Positions 23,575 to 37,272 of a DNA stretch of 64,000 nt are shown piece after piece. A model generated the notes under the pieces. It was not told the DNA's origin. It worked only from the letters and a program-made list of their open reading frames with translations, and did no database searches. Numbering within the stretch: the stretch's first letter is position 1; each line of letters opens with the position of its first letter. The stretch is from Geosiphon pyriformis uo1 (Eukaryota > Fungi > Glomeromycota), in assembly GCA_016748015.1 (NCBI GenBank), contig JAAOMT010000222.1, forward strand, positions 65,924 to 129,923. Direction: 5' to 3'. The position numbers were made by a program, and so were the translations under genes.

Positions 23575-24204
23575 TTAATATTGAGCTCCGTCAAAATCTA
23601 ACTCATGTAATTCTCCTTCTTGAAGTATTTTCTGGATTTTGTTTTCGAGAATTACTTGTGTTATTTGGGTCTGTAATTCTTCAAATTGAGCATTGGTGAT
23701 TTTTCCCAATTGATTACTAGTAACCAGATCCATTGCTCTGTTGAGCAATATTTCTGGTTTATTTTGAAATGCTGTGTGTATTCAGTATATGGCTTGGGCT
23801 TGTGTGGATAAGTTGTTCTTTCTCACAAAATATTCTAATTGTTGTAGTACTCCTTGGTCAAATAATTACTTTGTTTTATCCGTATATAGATTCTGGATAT
23901 TTACGTGTTGTCCCAAGTAAAAATAACAATAGTTTCGTGGAAATTGTTGTATCCATCAATTCCAAGTTTCTTTAGTCAACTCTTGATATAGTGACTCTTT
24001 TGTTGATTCTTTTATTACTAATTTTACTTTTGCCATGATTTTGTCCACAGTATTTTCAGTTTTCTTCTGTGTTCTGAGTTGAAATATCTTTCTAGTATCT
24101 TAATATTGAATGGTTTGTTGATTGATTGTAATCTCCATTTCCTGGTGTTGGATTAATTGAAAGAGTTGTTGTGCTAGTGAGTGAATGTTGTCTGTAATTT
24201 CCAT
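23575..24204 (-). pseudogene. ORF3 of A1 (nonsense mutations)
   Basis: Manual translation MEITDNIHSLAQQLFQLIQ...FPRNYCYFYLGQHVNIQNLY...QLGKITNAQFEELQTQI matches ORF3 of C (FPINYCYYQLGKHLNIQTLY...IGRLTNSQFQELQQQI). Confidence 0.8.
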
Positions 24205-27200
24205 TTTTTTGATATTTCCTGTTGCGTCTATCATGTTTTTATATATTCTTTTGATGGATCAATTTAACGTGTTGTTGTCGATAATAATGATTGGTTCCCG
24301 ATCTCGTGGAATTTCATCTGGTTGGACTAGTATTCTCTGTACTCCTAATTGTGGAATATTACTGGTAGATGGTAATGTAATGTTGTGATATGGTTTCAGT
24401 CAATCTCCATGTACTGCTTTGGTTAAAATTTTGTTATTCAATCTTAATTTGTAAGCTCCATTTCCTAGACTTTCTTCTATGTGAAATGGTTCATTCCATT
24501 TGGGGTCAAATTTTCCACTCCATTGTTTTTCTGCTTTGGTACAATGTAGTAATACTTTGTCTCTGATCTTGAATTCAACTGGTTTGTCTGGTAGTTGACT
24601 ATTGTGTCTTCCTTTCTGTGTTTCTTGTGATTTTTGGATATTATCAGCTGCTCTTCTTTGTTTGTTTTCCAATGTTTCCATTAAGTCATATGTTCTTCTC
24701 AGCAATGTTTCTTGAAAATTTTCCTCTGTTATTGGTTCAGCTGGATATGTATTAATTTCTCTCTCTACTGGTAACATTGCTATTCTCCCATATACTAATT
24801 CAAATGGTGTTGCTTGTGTAGTATCTTGTTTCATTGTCCAATAAGCAAATAGTACTAATGGTATAAACAAATCCTAATTGTTCTGGTTTTCTTGGCTGAG
24901 CTTGGCTATTGTTTTATACAATGTTCTGTTGAATCTTTCTACTAATCCGTTGGTTTGTGGATGGTATGGTGATAATAATAGTCTCTTGATTCCGAATCTT
25001 TGGCTCAATTCTGTTAATGTTCTGTTCACAAAATAAGTTCCTTGGTTTGATAATAATTCTTCTGGACATCCATGTCGACAAATCAAATCCTGATAAACAA
25101 ATTCGGCCACGGATTCTGCATCCACTTTTTGAATTGCTTTTGCCTCTGGCCATTTAGTGAAATAGTCCATAGCTATTGCTATGTATCTGTTTCCTCTGCT
25201 GGTGATTGTTAATGGTCTGACTAAATCAATTCCCATACAGTCAAATGGTTGTCCCACTTTGATTGGTCTTAATGGTTCACTGGATCTTGTTCCTCCTCTT
25301 TGCTGACAAGCATCACAATTTTGAACATATTAAATAATGTCTGGGTACATTGATGGCCAATAGTATCTTTTTTTAGTTCTTTCCATTGTTGCTTCTTTGT
25401 GAAAATGTTCTGCTGTTGGATTTGAGTGCATGTTGAATAATATTGTCTTTTTTTCTGGCTCCGTAATTACTCTGGTTGGTTGATTTGGATCTCTTCTATT
25501 TTTCTGATAAAGTATATTTTAGTGGGTGATAAAATATTTTGATTGTTGTTTGATACTCCTTCGTTCTGTATGAGATAAATTCTCCTTGAACTGTTGAGTA
25601 TTTAGATAATATTGCAATTGTTGATATTTTTGTATGTTCATCTTTTGTTGTATTTTTCCATTGGTATTGTTCTGGTTTTATTATATTTTTGGGTTGAAAT
25701 GTTTTTAGATTTGTCTTATTCATGATAAACCATCAGCATTTCCATTGTTTTTTCCCTTTTTGTAATGTATAGTATAATTGTATGATATGAGTGCCATTTT
25801 CCATTTTAACTGTCTTCCATCTCCAAATTCTTGTTTTTGGAGTGATGTTAATCTCTTGTGATCTGTGTATACTTCAAACTTCTGGCTCAAGTATTCTTTC
25901 CATTTCATGATAGCCCAGTATATTGCTAAGTGTTCTTGTTTTGGTGTTCTATAGTTCTTTTCAGCTGGCGTTAAACCTCTGCTGGCATATACTACTGGAT
26001 GTTCTCTGCCATCCGGTCCTCTCTGAGATAATACTGCTCCCAATGCTTGGCCAAATGCATCGGTGGTGATGATGAATGGTTTGCTGTAATCTGAATAGAT
26101 CAGTACTGGAGCTTAGATAAGCTTTTTCCTCAGAATATCAAAAGCTTCTTGTTGACTTTTTGTTCATTCATATTTCGAATTTTTGTTTTGCAGTTGATTG
26201 AGTGGCTGCGCTATCTTGGAAAAGTTCTTGATAAAATGATAATAGTAGCTGGCAAATCCCAAGAATGATTTCAGTTCTGTTATATTGGTCAGCACTGGAA
26301 AGTTCTTTACTATTTCTATTTTCTCTGGATCTGTTTTAATGCCATCTTTGCTGACTATGTGTCCCAAGAATTTGAGTTCCGTCTTGCCAAAGAAGCATTT
26401 TGTTGTATTCAACTTCAGTCCTGCTCTTCTCAGTCTTTCGAACACTTGTTGAAGATAATAAAGATGATCATCAAACGTCTTTGAGAATACATTGGTGTCG
26501 TCCAAGTATACAACTACTGATTTTCACAATAAGCCAGTATAAACGATTTCCATTAGCTGTTGGAAAGTTGCTGGGGCATTGGTTAAGCCAAATGGCATCA
26601 CTTCAAATTCAAAATTTTCTTCTCTAGTAGTAAATGCCATCTTTTCTTTGTCAGCTGAATTCATGGCTACTTGCTAGTAACTACTGTCCAAATCTAATGT
26701 GGAGAACCATTTGTTCCCACCGAAAGCATCAAATAATTCCTGTATTTGTGGAGTTAGATAACTGTCTCCATGAGTTATACCATTGAGTTTCCTGTAGTCT
26801 ACACAAAACCAGATTTTTCCATTTTTCTTATGAACAAGTACCACTGGTGACAATCATGGGCTCATTAATGGTTGAATTAGCTCGTTGTCAAGCATTCTGT
26901 TTATCTCTTGATGAATAATCTCATGGCTGGCTGGCAGCACTCTGTATGCTCTTTGTTTGATTGGCATTGCATCTCCAGTCTTGATCTGATGTTGGATGAT
27001 GTCAGTTTGGCCAAACTCATTTTTACTGGCAAAGATGTTGTTGAAATTGTTGAGTAACATCTTGAGCTGTATACATTGGAATGGATCTAAGTTTCCTATG
27101 TTCATTTGTTCCAATTGTTCTGGTTGGAGCAAATAACATTCGTCTCATCCATAGATTGTCTGTGATGTGATGTCAACATATCCACAAAGTTGTGGAAAGT

Positions 27201-27731
27201 CTGGAATGGAGTTTGGTGGTTGGTTTTCTATTTCTGTGATTAGATATCTGATGGTGGTTCCTTCTGGTATGTTGATGATATTACCAGTGTTGTTGTAGAT
27301 GGGAATTTTTATGTTGCTATAGCTTTTGGCTAATATGTGGAGATTAATCAACCCAATCTCTCCTGATTCACAAAGGGTTGCTTCTGCTTCAAAAATCTGT
27401 TCTTGCTCCTTTTTTTTCTTTTCTATTGCTAACATGTACTGGCTGTATGGTGGAATGGAAATAGCTTGACCAGTTGAGATAATTTCTCCTTGGCCAACAA
27501 TTTCTTCCTCTGCCATGTTAACTGGTACATCTATTCTACCTGTGGATCCGAATCCCTGTATTTCTCTTGCCATGATTTCTAATTCCTCCCTCTTTCCCAC
27601 TGATACTAACTGAGCTATTCTAACCAGAGGCAGGAATATTGCCTGTGCTATCTTTTCATTGGGCTCTATTACATAGGCCTTTTCTGAGTCATTTTGTAGC
27701 ATAGTGATGATATTTTCTACATATCCCGCAT

Positions 27732-28711
27732 TGTTACTGGAGGTTTTTGGTCTCTTTTCTGTAATGTTGTTGATACTTATTTGCTGTGAATTCACGTTTT
27801 CTGGATGTGGTTGAACCTCCAGTAACTGAATTTATCTTCAAATTATCTCCTATAATTTGAACTTGCTGGGCTTATGAGTAAAATGGCCAATTCCATGCCA
27901 GTTGCTTTATGTAGTTACGTTGTAGTAAACATTAACTCTTTTCCAGGAATTGCTTGTCTGGAAGCTCACTAAAAATGTGTAGTTACTTTGCTGTGAAAGT
28001 CAACTCTTCTACAGGAATCTCGTCTGTAGGCTACCCTAATGATTGTAATAAGAAAAAAAAGAAAAATAAAAGAAGTGTAAAAGAAATAGGATCTTATCAA
28101 GGAAAACATTTTCTATCCAGGCCTGGAGTCACTAACAGTTTACTGAAATTGGTAGCTAATCAATTTCGAAATGTTAGTTGGGTTTTGGGGATTTTCCAAG
28201 TACAATAATTAAAGAATTTGGTTTTTTGAATTATTTGATATTTATTTCTTTTTGTGTGTATAGGAACGGTTTTAAGAGATAAATCTAAAGTGAGATACAT
28301 TTTCTTGAAGAGAGAAGCTCTTCTTTTATACAACTTGTTGTAACACTATTCTATGAACTTGAACTTTGCTATTTTCTAAAATTTTGCTGAACTAAAGATA
28401 CATTTTGGCAAACTATAAGTTATTTCGGTGAACTATTAGATATTTCGGTGAACTATCAATTATTTTGGCAAATTTCTACAAATTTTGGCAAACTTTTTGA
28501 ATGTTACATAGTTCGGGGTATTGCATGATTAATTATTGCAATTAGGTTACATTTGTGTTGTGTAAAATTTGGGTTATTAATTAAATGATAATTTCGGACA
28601 TTTTTGCTAATGTAATAAGTGATCATTTGAAATGATAATATATGCTAATTAATAATAGGAATTATAAGATAATTTCATGCTAAATAATATCTCTAATTTC
28701 GTCTGGTAACA
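27732..28711 (-). repeat. 3' LTR of element B
   Basis: Reverse complement of 621-1600, TG...CA termini, adjacent PPT. Confidence 0.95.
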
Positions 28712-29399
28712 TAACCTTCTCCTCAAGACTGAGCTCCGTCGAAGTCCAAATACTGTCTGTTATTTCCAGATAATAATCCAAAATTATTGAAGAAATTTGG
28801 TTTGAAAATTGTTGAAATTTCAGTTCTGTGAGCTTTCCAATGTATTGAATCTTCAAAGGTTGAAAAATTGGGTTTTGTAGTACGTTTTTACAGGTGTGGA
28901 ATAGGTCATAAAGTTTAAGAGCGGCTCTAAGCCTGTAGTGACTGTTTGTTAATTCAGCTGTTGTCTTGAATTCGTTGTGAAGTTGTTTTTGAATAGCTTC
29001 TTTTGTGAGGTTTGCTGTTGTAAGTTCCAGTTTCCATTTGTAGAGTGTTTTTCCAATGTGAAAATATCTATAAATTGGAGGATATTCAGTGTTTTCCTCA
29101 TTGAGACACAGTTGAAGTTTTTGTTGAATTGTAGCATTTGGTGGAATACTAATCGGAGTGAGCATTAGGTTTTCTCTTAAAGCAAGCTTTAAAAGTTCTG
29201 GGAGGTGAATTCCAGTATAATTTCTTGTATTCTTTTTATATGGGTGATATTTTCATGAATTTGGGGCTAAATTTGTAACTACTTCTGTTTGGGTATAATT
29301 AATGTGGTTTCCAGTAACAGTAATAGATAATTCAGATATTGTTTTTAAAGCTAACATTAGTTTTTGGGATAATTGTTGAATGTTTTGAGGAATAGTCAT
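28680..29399 (-). pseudogene. ORF3 of element B (239 codons, one internal TGA)
   Basis: ATG at 29399 (MTIPQNIQQLSQKLMLALKTISELSITVTGNHINY) is in frame with ORF 28680-29165. Homologous to ORF3 of C. Confidence 0.8.
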
Positions 29400-29516
29400 T
29401 ATAAGCAATTGAAAAAAAATAAAAATTATTTTTGGTGTATGGGTTTTTATGTTATTTTTGTTTTTGTTTTTGTGAGATTGTTTCTAAAATATAAGAGAAT
29501 GACTAGTAAAATTAAA

Positions 29517-30902
29517 TTAAGTGTTCAGGTTGAAAGGTTGTTCAATGACAACTATTGGTTTTAAGTTTCGGGGAATATCTTCGGAACTGACCAAAGGAGA
29601 ATGTGTACCAATTTGTGAAATTAATGGTTCAGGATTGTTTCTGGAATGATAGTGTTTCAAACGATCTTCATGTGCAACTTTTGCTAGGATTTTGTCATTA
29701 AGTCTTAGCTTGTATGATCCATTGCCTAGGACTTCATGGATAAAAAATGGTTTATCCCATTTATTTTCAAATTTTTCATTCCATTGTTTTTCAGCTTTAG
29801 TTCTGTGTAAGAGAACTTTGTTTCCAATTTTGAATTTATTAGTGACTGAAGGCAATTTGTCATCATGCCGTTCCTTTTGTTGAGCTTGGGAGTGTTCAAT
29901 ATGGATGGCTGTTATTCGTCGTTTTCCTTCCAATGTACTAAGCAGAGTGTAGGCTCTTTGCTGAAGCGTTTCTTGGAAATTGTTTTCATCGATCAGTTAT
30001 GCTGGGTATGTTTCCACTGTGAAACTAATTGGTAACATTGCCGTCCTTCCATAAGTTAAATCAAATGGTGTGTGTTTCATGATATTTTGTTTTAATGTCC
30101 TATATGCTAGTAACACTAATGGAATAAAGAGATCCCATTCTTGCTCAAAATCGGTTGAGACTTTGGCTAATGACTCACACAATGTTCTGTTAAAATGTTC
30201 TACAAGTCTGTTTGTTTGTGGATGGTAGGGCAAAGACAGAGGTCTTTTGACATTGAATTGTTCACAAATTTTTTGTATCAGGTTGTTTACAAAGTGTGTT
30301 CTCTGATCGGATAAAAGTTTAATTGGACATCCATGTCTACAAATGATGTCTTCGTAGATAAAATTTGCTACTGATTTTGCATCTGCTCGTTGAATGGCTC
30401 TGGCTTCAGGCTATTTAGTAAGATAGTCTACAGCTACTGCAATATAACGGTTTCCTTGAGTGGTGATAGATAGTGGTCCGACTAAATCGATACCAACTCT
30501 GTCAAAAGGCTGTCCAACTTTGATTGGATTTAAAGATTCTGTAGGGCGAGTTCCTCCTCTTCTTTGACAACTATCACAAGATTCGACATATTCGTGAATG
30601 TCTTTTCTCATTTGAGGCCAAAAGTAGTATTCTAGTGTTCTTTGGGTGGTGCTATCTTTTCCGAAGTGTGCTGATGAAGGATCCGAATGCATGTTGTATA
30701 AAATGGTCTCTTTTTTCTGTTCTTGTATTAATCTGAGTGGTTTGGTTGGGTTTTTGAAATTTCGATGATAGATAATGTTGTTGTGTAGAAAATATTGTTT
30801 GGCTTGTTGTTGTAACCAATGTTTTTCGTCTGGGGACCAATCTGTTGGGATTGTTAATGTTTCCAAATATTGTTTGAAATTGTTGTAGTTTTCGGGGTTT
30901 AT
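29517..30902 (-). pseudogene. Integrase of element B
   Basis: HSDPSSAH...CDSCQ, VGIDLVGP, VDYLTK, YHPQTNRLVEHFN, KWDKPFFI (GPY/F-like). No chromodomain recognised. Confidence 0.9.
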
Positions 30903-30950
30903 TGTTTGTTGTTTTGATGCTGTTAATTCAATTGGGTATTGGTTTTGTTT

Positions 30951-33900
30951 CTAATCTTGCCTCATCCTTGAGAGACAATCAACGTTGGTGTGGAGTTTTC
31001 CTAGTTTGTGGTGTATGATGTATTGGTAATTAGCTAAAAATCCTGTACATCAGGTTTGTTTTGCATTCAGCTGGGTGTTTTTGTTTTGAAGCCATTTAAG
31101 TCCAATATTATCAGTGATAATATTGAATTCTTTGGGTCTGAGGTAAAGGTTGAAGTGATATAGGGCCCAGATTACTGCTGTGGTTTCTAATTCTGTTGCG
31201 GGGTAGTTCTTTTTGGCTGGCTTTAATGTTCTACTAGCATAAGCAATTACTTGCTCATTTCCATTGTCATCTAACTGTGATAGAATGGCACCAAAGGCAG
31301 TATAAGAAGCGTCAGTTGCTAACCAGAATCGGTTGCTGAAGTCTGGGTAGGCAAGGATTGGGGCTGTTGTGAGTTTTTCTTTAAGTATTTCGAAGGCATT
31401 TTGGTGTTCTTTTGTTCATTTGTATTCGACATTTTTTGTAGTGAGCTGGTTGAGGGGTTTTGCAATTTCTGAGAATCTTTTGATGAATTTTCGGTAATAA
31501 GATGCTAATCCAATAAATCCTCTTAATTCTGTGGTATTTTGTGGAGTCTTGAAGTTTTTGACAGTATTGATTTTTCTGGGGTCTGGTTTAATTCCATCTT
31601 TGCTAACAATGTGACCAAGAAAAGCTAAACTTGTTTTTCCAAAGTAGCATTTTTTAATGTTCAGTTTCAATCCTGCTTTCCGTAATTATTGAAAAACTTC
31701 TCGCAGGTGAATTAAATGTAGCTCGAAAGACGGTGAATAAACATCAGTGTCATCAAGATAAACTACTACTGATTTCCAAAGGAGGCTTTTGTAAACAACA
31801 TCCATGAGTCTTTAGAATATTGCTGGTGCATTGCATAATCTGAAAGGCATTACATTGAACTCGTAATTTCCTCCTTGAGTGGTGAATGCTGTTTTGGGGC
31901 AGTCTTTGGGATCCATAGCAACTTGCCAGTATTCACTCTCTAAATCTAATGTTGAAAAGTATTTGGACTTTCCAAGAGCATCCAACATGTTATCAATTCG
32001 GGAAAGAGGGTAGGCATCCCCAATGGTGACACTGTTGAGTTGTTGGTAATCAACACAAAATCGTATCTTTCCATTTTTCTTTTTAACTAGAACCACAGGT
32101 GAGGTCCATGGGCTCATTGATGGTTGAATAAGCCCATTGTTAAGCATCCATTGTACTTCTTTTCAGATAAATTGGTGACTTTCTGGAGCAACTCGGTAGG
32201 CTTGTTGTTGCCTGAGTTTGGCATCTCCTGTATAGATTTGGTATTGAACCAAATTAGTTCTTCCTAAGTCATTGTTGTTTTCGGCGAAGATATCAGCAAA
32301 TTCTGCAATTAGTTCTTTGAGCTGGATTTGTTGTTGTAGTTCAAGTTGTCCCATGTTGATTCAAGATAGTTTTTCCATAACAACATGGTAGTTTTCAGAG
32401 CTAGAGTTTGGGTTGATTTTTGGTAGTGAATGTCCAATAATTTCAGGAAAATTGGGAACTGTTTGGGGTAATTCTTGTTGAAATATTTTACTGTGAATAA
32501 CTCCAATTTCTAAATTATTTAATAAAATTATGGGGTAATTATTGGGGTTGTAAAAAGTAACTCGGATTTTCTTTGTTCCTTCTGGAATATAAATGTTTGG
32601 GATCAAAATATTATGTTCCAAGCAGACTTGTTCATTGGACTCAAAAATTTGTTGTGTGGTTGTTGGCTTTGTGCAAGTGTAAATTTCTGGATGTTCTCCA
32701 AAGGGTAAGATAGTAATTGGTTGTGAAAGTCTGAGAATCTGGTGGGATTCGTTCTGTGTGTTAAGAGCTATATTAACTGGAACTGTGAATTGTCCAGTTG
32801 AACCAAAACCTTGGGTTCCTCTATTGCTTTTTCCTAATTGTTCTCTTTGATTGACTAGTTGCAAACCCAAAATGTTGATTAAGGGTAGGTAAATAGCTTG
32901 GGCAATTTTTTCAGCATGTTCGATCTTGAATAGTTTGTCAGTCTCATTTTGAAGCATCACTGTTATGTCTCCAGTATATCCAGCATCAATTATTCCTCCT
33001 CTAACATTGATTCCTTTGCTTGCCAGAGAGGACCGAAAGGCGATTTAAACCATTGCTCTTGGTGGGATTTCGAATGCAATTTTGAGGTTGATTTTTGTGA
33101 GAGATTTGGGTTTGAGAACAAGAGTATCTTTGCCTGGATATCTTAGGTCATATCCAACATCAATTTCGTGTGCTTTTTCAGGTTTTATTCCTTGTCCGTT
33201 GTTGTTGAAGTATTTAAGTTGTAAAGCAGACTGATTTTCGATAAGGTAGATGGGTGTTGTTTCAATTTCTTCCGTTTCTTCAGGTTCTCCAAATTCAATT
33301 TCATTCTCATCATTTTCGCTGAACAAGGGGATACTAAGAGCATAGCATTTGGGACACCATTGTTCATTGCAAGGCATAATGCATTCTTCACATAGCCTAA
33401 TGTTCATTTGCTCTAATTGTTGAATTTGAGCTTCTTGGGTTGGGTAGGTGTGACTTGTAATTTGGTGATAGACTTCTACTTCATCTTCGTAATCGAATCC
33501 AGCTAATTCTATAGTGTATTCAATGTATTCTGCTTCCTTCATTTGACAAACATCTTCTTTGGTAGCTCCATTAATTAATGCCATTGCTAAGTCGAAAATC
33601 ATCTCGGCATCATGAGGGTAGTAATAAAGTTTGTTGAAAGCACTGTTGTATGCTGCATTAAAGGGTGTTCCTCTTTTTACTTTTTTTGAAATTGATAAGG
33701 CATATTGGCAGGTCTGATCACAGACGTCTCCTCTCATTGCTACATCAATCCAATTGCATTCTTCTGGTAGCATATCTCCACAAGTCAAACAAGCAGTGTT
33801 GTCCCATTTTCCGCTCCTTTTTATTAGGTGGCTCCATCACTCTCTGTGACAGGCCTTGCAATAATAACAAGTATAATTCTCATATTCTTTTTCAGGTAAA

Positions 33901-36572
33901 ATGCAGGCTCCCATTGACGATAGTTTTTTGTGGCAGTCCTTACATTTAAGGGGAATATAGGGGCATTGTTTTCTTGGTTCGGGTTTGGAGTAAGGTATAT
34001 TCCATCCAGAGGTTTCGGGTTTAGTGTGTATGGTAAAATGTTCTTGTTCTGTTTCATTGGCCCAGTTGGACGTTGATCCAAGAGCCATGAATGTTTCGAT
34101 TATTGGTTTTTCTTCTTCTGGTTCAAATTCAAAAGCTGGGGCTTTTTTAGAGCATTTGTTGAATGTACCACAAATTGCAGGTACTCGGGTGTGTTGTCCT
34201 TGGTAGGAGATTGTTAACTCTTGTGTTTCCCAATTCAGATTAGCATTGGCTTTTTGAAGCCAATCATTTCCGACGAAAACTTGGTACTGGGGTGCGTCCA
34301 TTACAAGAACTTTGACTGAAATGGTGATTCCATCAAGAGTGAATGGAAAATTGTTAATTTCTTCTACTGGTGTCTTTTTCATGTCATCGGCAGTGATGAT
34401 TACTGTTTGAGCTGGTCAGTCGACATTTCTTTTCAACTGTTGCATTAACTGGTAGGTAATAATGCTTCTGGCGGATCCACTGTCTAGGATTAAGTGAATT
34501 GGCTTTCTTTCTACTTCAGCTTCTGTGTACATTGCAGTGATGGCTTTTTGCTCATTAGCTGCTGCATTGCTAAGCAAGAATGGTGATTCATTTGCTTCAA
34601 ATTCAAAAGGAAAGATATCAGAGAGATTGGCGTTTTCAGCAATTCGGGCTGGTAGAATAGTGGTGTGGTTATGAGAAGAGTTTCGTTGTTGTTGTGCTGC
34701 AGCTCTACCTTCCGAGGGTGCAGTATGGTGAAAATCCTGTTCTTCCAGCATTGTTAAATAACTGGGTTGAGTGTAGTAATGGTTGGATCTTGGTTGAATG
34801 GTATTTCGGGAGACCAATTGGTTGTTCGAACTGATTCTACTGTTGTTTACTTGGTATCAATTTTGTGGTGTGAATTGATTTTGTGTAATCAGTCTTTGAG
34901 CAGGTACTTGATAATGTTGTGTGGGTGGTTGTTGGTATTGCTGTTGGATTGGTTGTAGGGCGGGCTGATAATAGTTATTTTGGTACTGGGATCTTGGTGG
35001 ATAATAAGCTGGTGGTAATGGTTGATAATAAGATTGCTGTGATGAAGAGTAACGTTGATTACCCCTGTTTTGTTGGTCTCGCTGTAGCTTTCTGCAATCT
35101 CTTTTCCAGTGGCCAGAGGTTCTACAGTAATGGCAATTCTGGGGCTGGTTATTTGAAAGTGGTGCAAAGTTATTTTGATTTTGTCTTTGGGGTGGTTGAT
35201 ATCTTTGGGGTTGTTGTTGTTGTTGGTTGGTAAAATAGTTTTCGACCTTCTTTGTGAGTTGGTCAATTTTTTCCTCAGCTGCTGAGCTGGTTTCTTCAAT
35301 TGCCAAATTTACAAGTTTTGTACAATTGGCTTCTTCTATGGCCATTTTGTATCTTTTTGCATGCTGTATTGCAGAGTTTAAATCTTCTGGCACATGTGGG
35401 CGAACCTTTTTAATTAGTTTATTTTTTAGACCAGCAATAAATTGATCCAAGATTTGAGCATCAGAATAATAATCATTTGTCTCGAGTTGGCGAATCCATC
35501 TGAGAAGTTTGTTGAATTTCCCAATATAAGTCATAATGGATTCGGAGGGTTCTTGTTTGATATTTCGAAAATGATTGCGAAGAGTAATAGAGGTATTATT
35601 GTCAGTGAACTGTTCAAGGAAGGCTGCTTTGAAAGCATTCCAATCATTGAATGGGGCGGCAAGGTTTTCAAACCATTCTTCTGCTGTTCCTTTGAGAAAG
35701 TAGGGAATTGTTCTTAACATTCTGACAGCGTTCCATCTATTTGCATCTCCAGCTTTAGTAACTTGATCGAGCCATTCTTGGAGACTGGTCTCAATATCTT
35801 CTCCATTGAATTCAGGGATTTTTGCGATGTATGTTGTCATTTCATTTTCTTCGTTTTCACTGTCTATTGATTCTTCTTCGGTTATTTCAGAGTTGTTTTC
35901 TTTGTTTGCTGGTGTCTCAAAGTGTTCACTTTGATTTTCAGCTAGAAAATCAAGGAGATTGGAACTAGTTTGAAGGGGTTTTTGTTGTCTGGTAGGACTT
36001 CTGAGTGATGTAAAATCTTCTGGTCTTGCAAATCAATTCAAGGGTGAATTAGGTGTTTGTGCTTGTGCAAGTAAGGCTGGAAAAGGTGTGATAGTAAGTG
36101 GAAGTTTTGAACTGGTTTCTTGTTCAGGTGTTTGTAAATGTTTAGCAGTTGTTTTCAGTAGTGTTGGAGTATTTGGGATGGTTCTTGAATATTGCTTTAA
36201 TTTGTTTTTGCCTTTGTTGCTTGTTTCTGTTTCCGATTCAAAATCAATAGTGTATTGAGACTGCACTGAATATGTTTCTTTACAGTATTTGATAATGTTA
36301 TAATTAAGTTCATGAAAGTAAGTGGCAAGTGTTTCACTATTAAGGTCTTCAGTTCCCAACTGTGAATAGTGTGCTAAATTATTGTAAAGGTTGCTTTTAA
36401 CTTCTGAGATATTGTAATTTCCAAAAAGATAATTGTTGATGCGGTTTTCAATATATTGGTATACTGATTTCTTGACAACTTCAATTCCATCTGGAATGTT
36501 GAATCTTTGCTTGCAGTGGGTGTAAATTGATTGGTAATACTCTAGAGTTGTTGCGTCTGGTGTGGTCGCCAC
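30951..36572 (-). pseudogene. gag-pol: ORF1 of element B: extension, Gag (CCHC), protease, Cys-rich domain, dUTPase, RT, RNase H
   Basis: CHYCRTSGHWKRDC, LILDSGS, CKDC/CKAC/CLTC/CEEC, VGYDLRYP..GGIIDAGYTG..KIAQAIY..RGTQGFGSTG, LDLESEYWQ, YLDD, ATDAS, NVDCLSRMRQD*. Confidence 0.92.
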
Positions 36573-36609
36573 TTTGAATTTGTTTTTGCNNNNNNNNNNN
36601 NNNNNNNNN

Positions 36610-37272
36610 AAAGAAAAAAAAGAAAAATAAAAGAAGTGTAAAAGAAATAGGATCTTATCAAGGAAAACATTTTCTATCCAGGCCTGGAGTCACTAACAGT
36701 TTACTGAAATTGGTAGCTAATCAATTTCGAAATGTTAGTTGGGTTTTGGGGATTTTCCAAGTACAATAATTAAAGAATTTGGTTTTTTGAATTATTTGAT
36801 ATTTATTTCTTTTTGTGTGTATAGGAACGGTTTTAAGAGATAAATCTAAAGTGAGATACATTTTCTTGAAGAGAGAAGCTCTTCTTTTATACAACTTGTC
36901 ATAACACTATTCTATGAACTTGAACTTTGCTATTTTCTAAAATTTCGTTGAACTAAAGATACATTTTGGCAAACTATAAGTTATTTCGGCGAACTATTAG
37001 ATATTTCAGTGAACTATCAATTATTTCGGCGAATTTCTACAAATTTCGGCAAACTTTTTGAATGTTACATAGTTCAGGGTATTGCATGATTGATCATCAC
37101 AATTAAGTTACATTTGTGTTGTGTACAATTTGGGTTATTAATTAAATGATAATTTCAGACATTTTTGCTAATGTAATAAGTGATCATTTGAAATGATAAT
37201 ATATGCTAATTAATAATAGGAATTATAAGATAATTTCATGCTAAATAATATCTCTAATTTCGTCTGGTAACA
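36610..37272 (-). repeat. 5' LTR of element B (U5 end and PBS lost in the gap)
   Basis: Near-identical to 28050-28711. Ends GGTAACA at 37272. Confidence 0.92.

Larger units (their letters stand above)
22688..27731 (-). mobile_element. Gypsy A1, 3' half: dUTPase C-half, RT, RNase H, integrase, ORF3, PPT, 3' LTR
   Basis: AGYVENII...KIAQAIF...QGFGSTG (27145-27731), YLDDTNVF (26505), YTDH/NADGLS (25720-26043), integrase MGIDLV..DYFTKWPEA..YHPQTNGLVERFN (24874-25257), KFDPKWNEPF (GPY/F-like), PPT AAAAGGAGGGAATAA at 23562-23576. Confidence 0.9.
27732..37272 (-). mobile_element. Full-length Gypsy element B (dUTPase-bearing), no frameshifts, inactivated by nonsense mutations
   Basis: LTRs 27732-28711 and 36610-37272, PPT GAGGAGAAGGTTA at 28712-28724. 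All domain-bearing minus-strand ORF pieces from 36572 to 28680 lie in one frame. Confidence 0.95.

Noticed and set aside
25496-25723. ORF MNKTNLKTFQPK (also 38982-39359) overlapping the RNase H end
   Set aside because: Its ATG probably arises from CGA>TGA decay in ...TCA-CGA, and it is out of frame with the integrase zinc finger.
29517-29700. Chromodomain at the integrase C-terminus
   Set aside because: The short tail after the GPY/F-like region lacks the chromodomain aromatic pattern (Y.VE.I...YLVKW).
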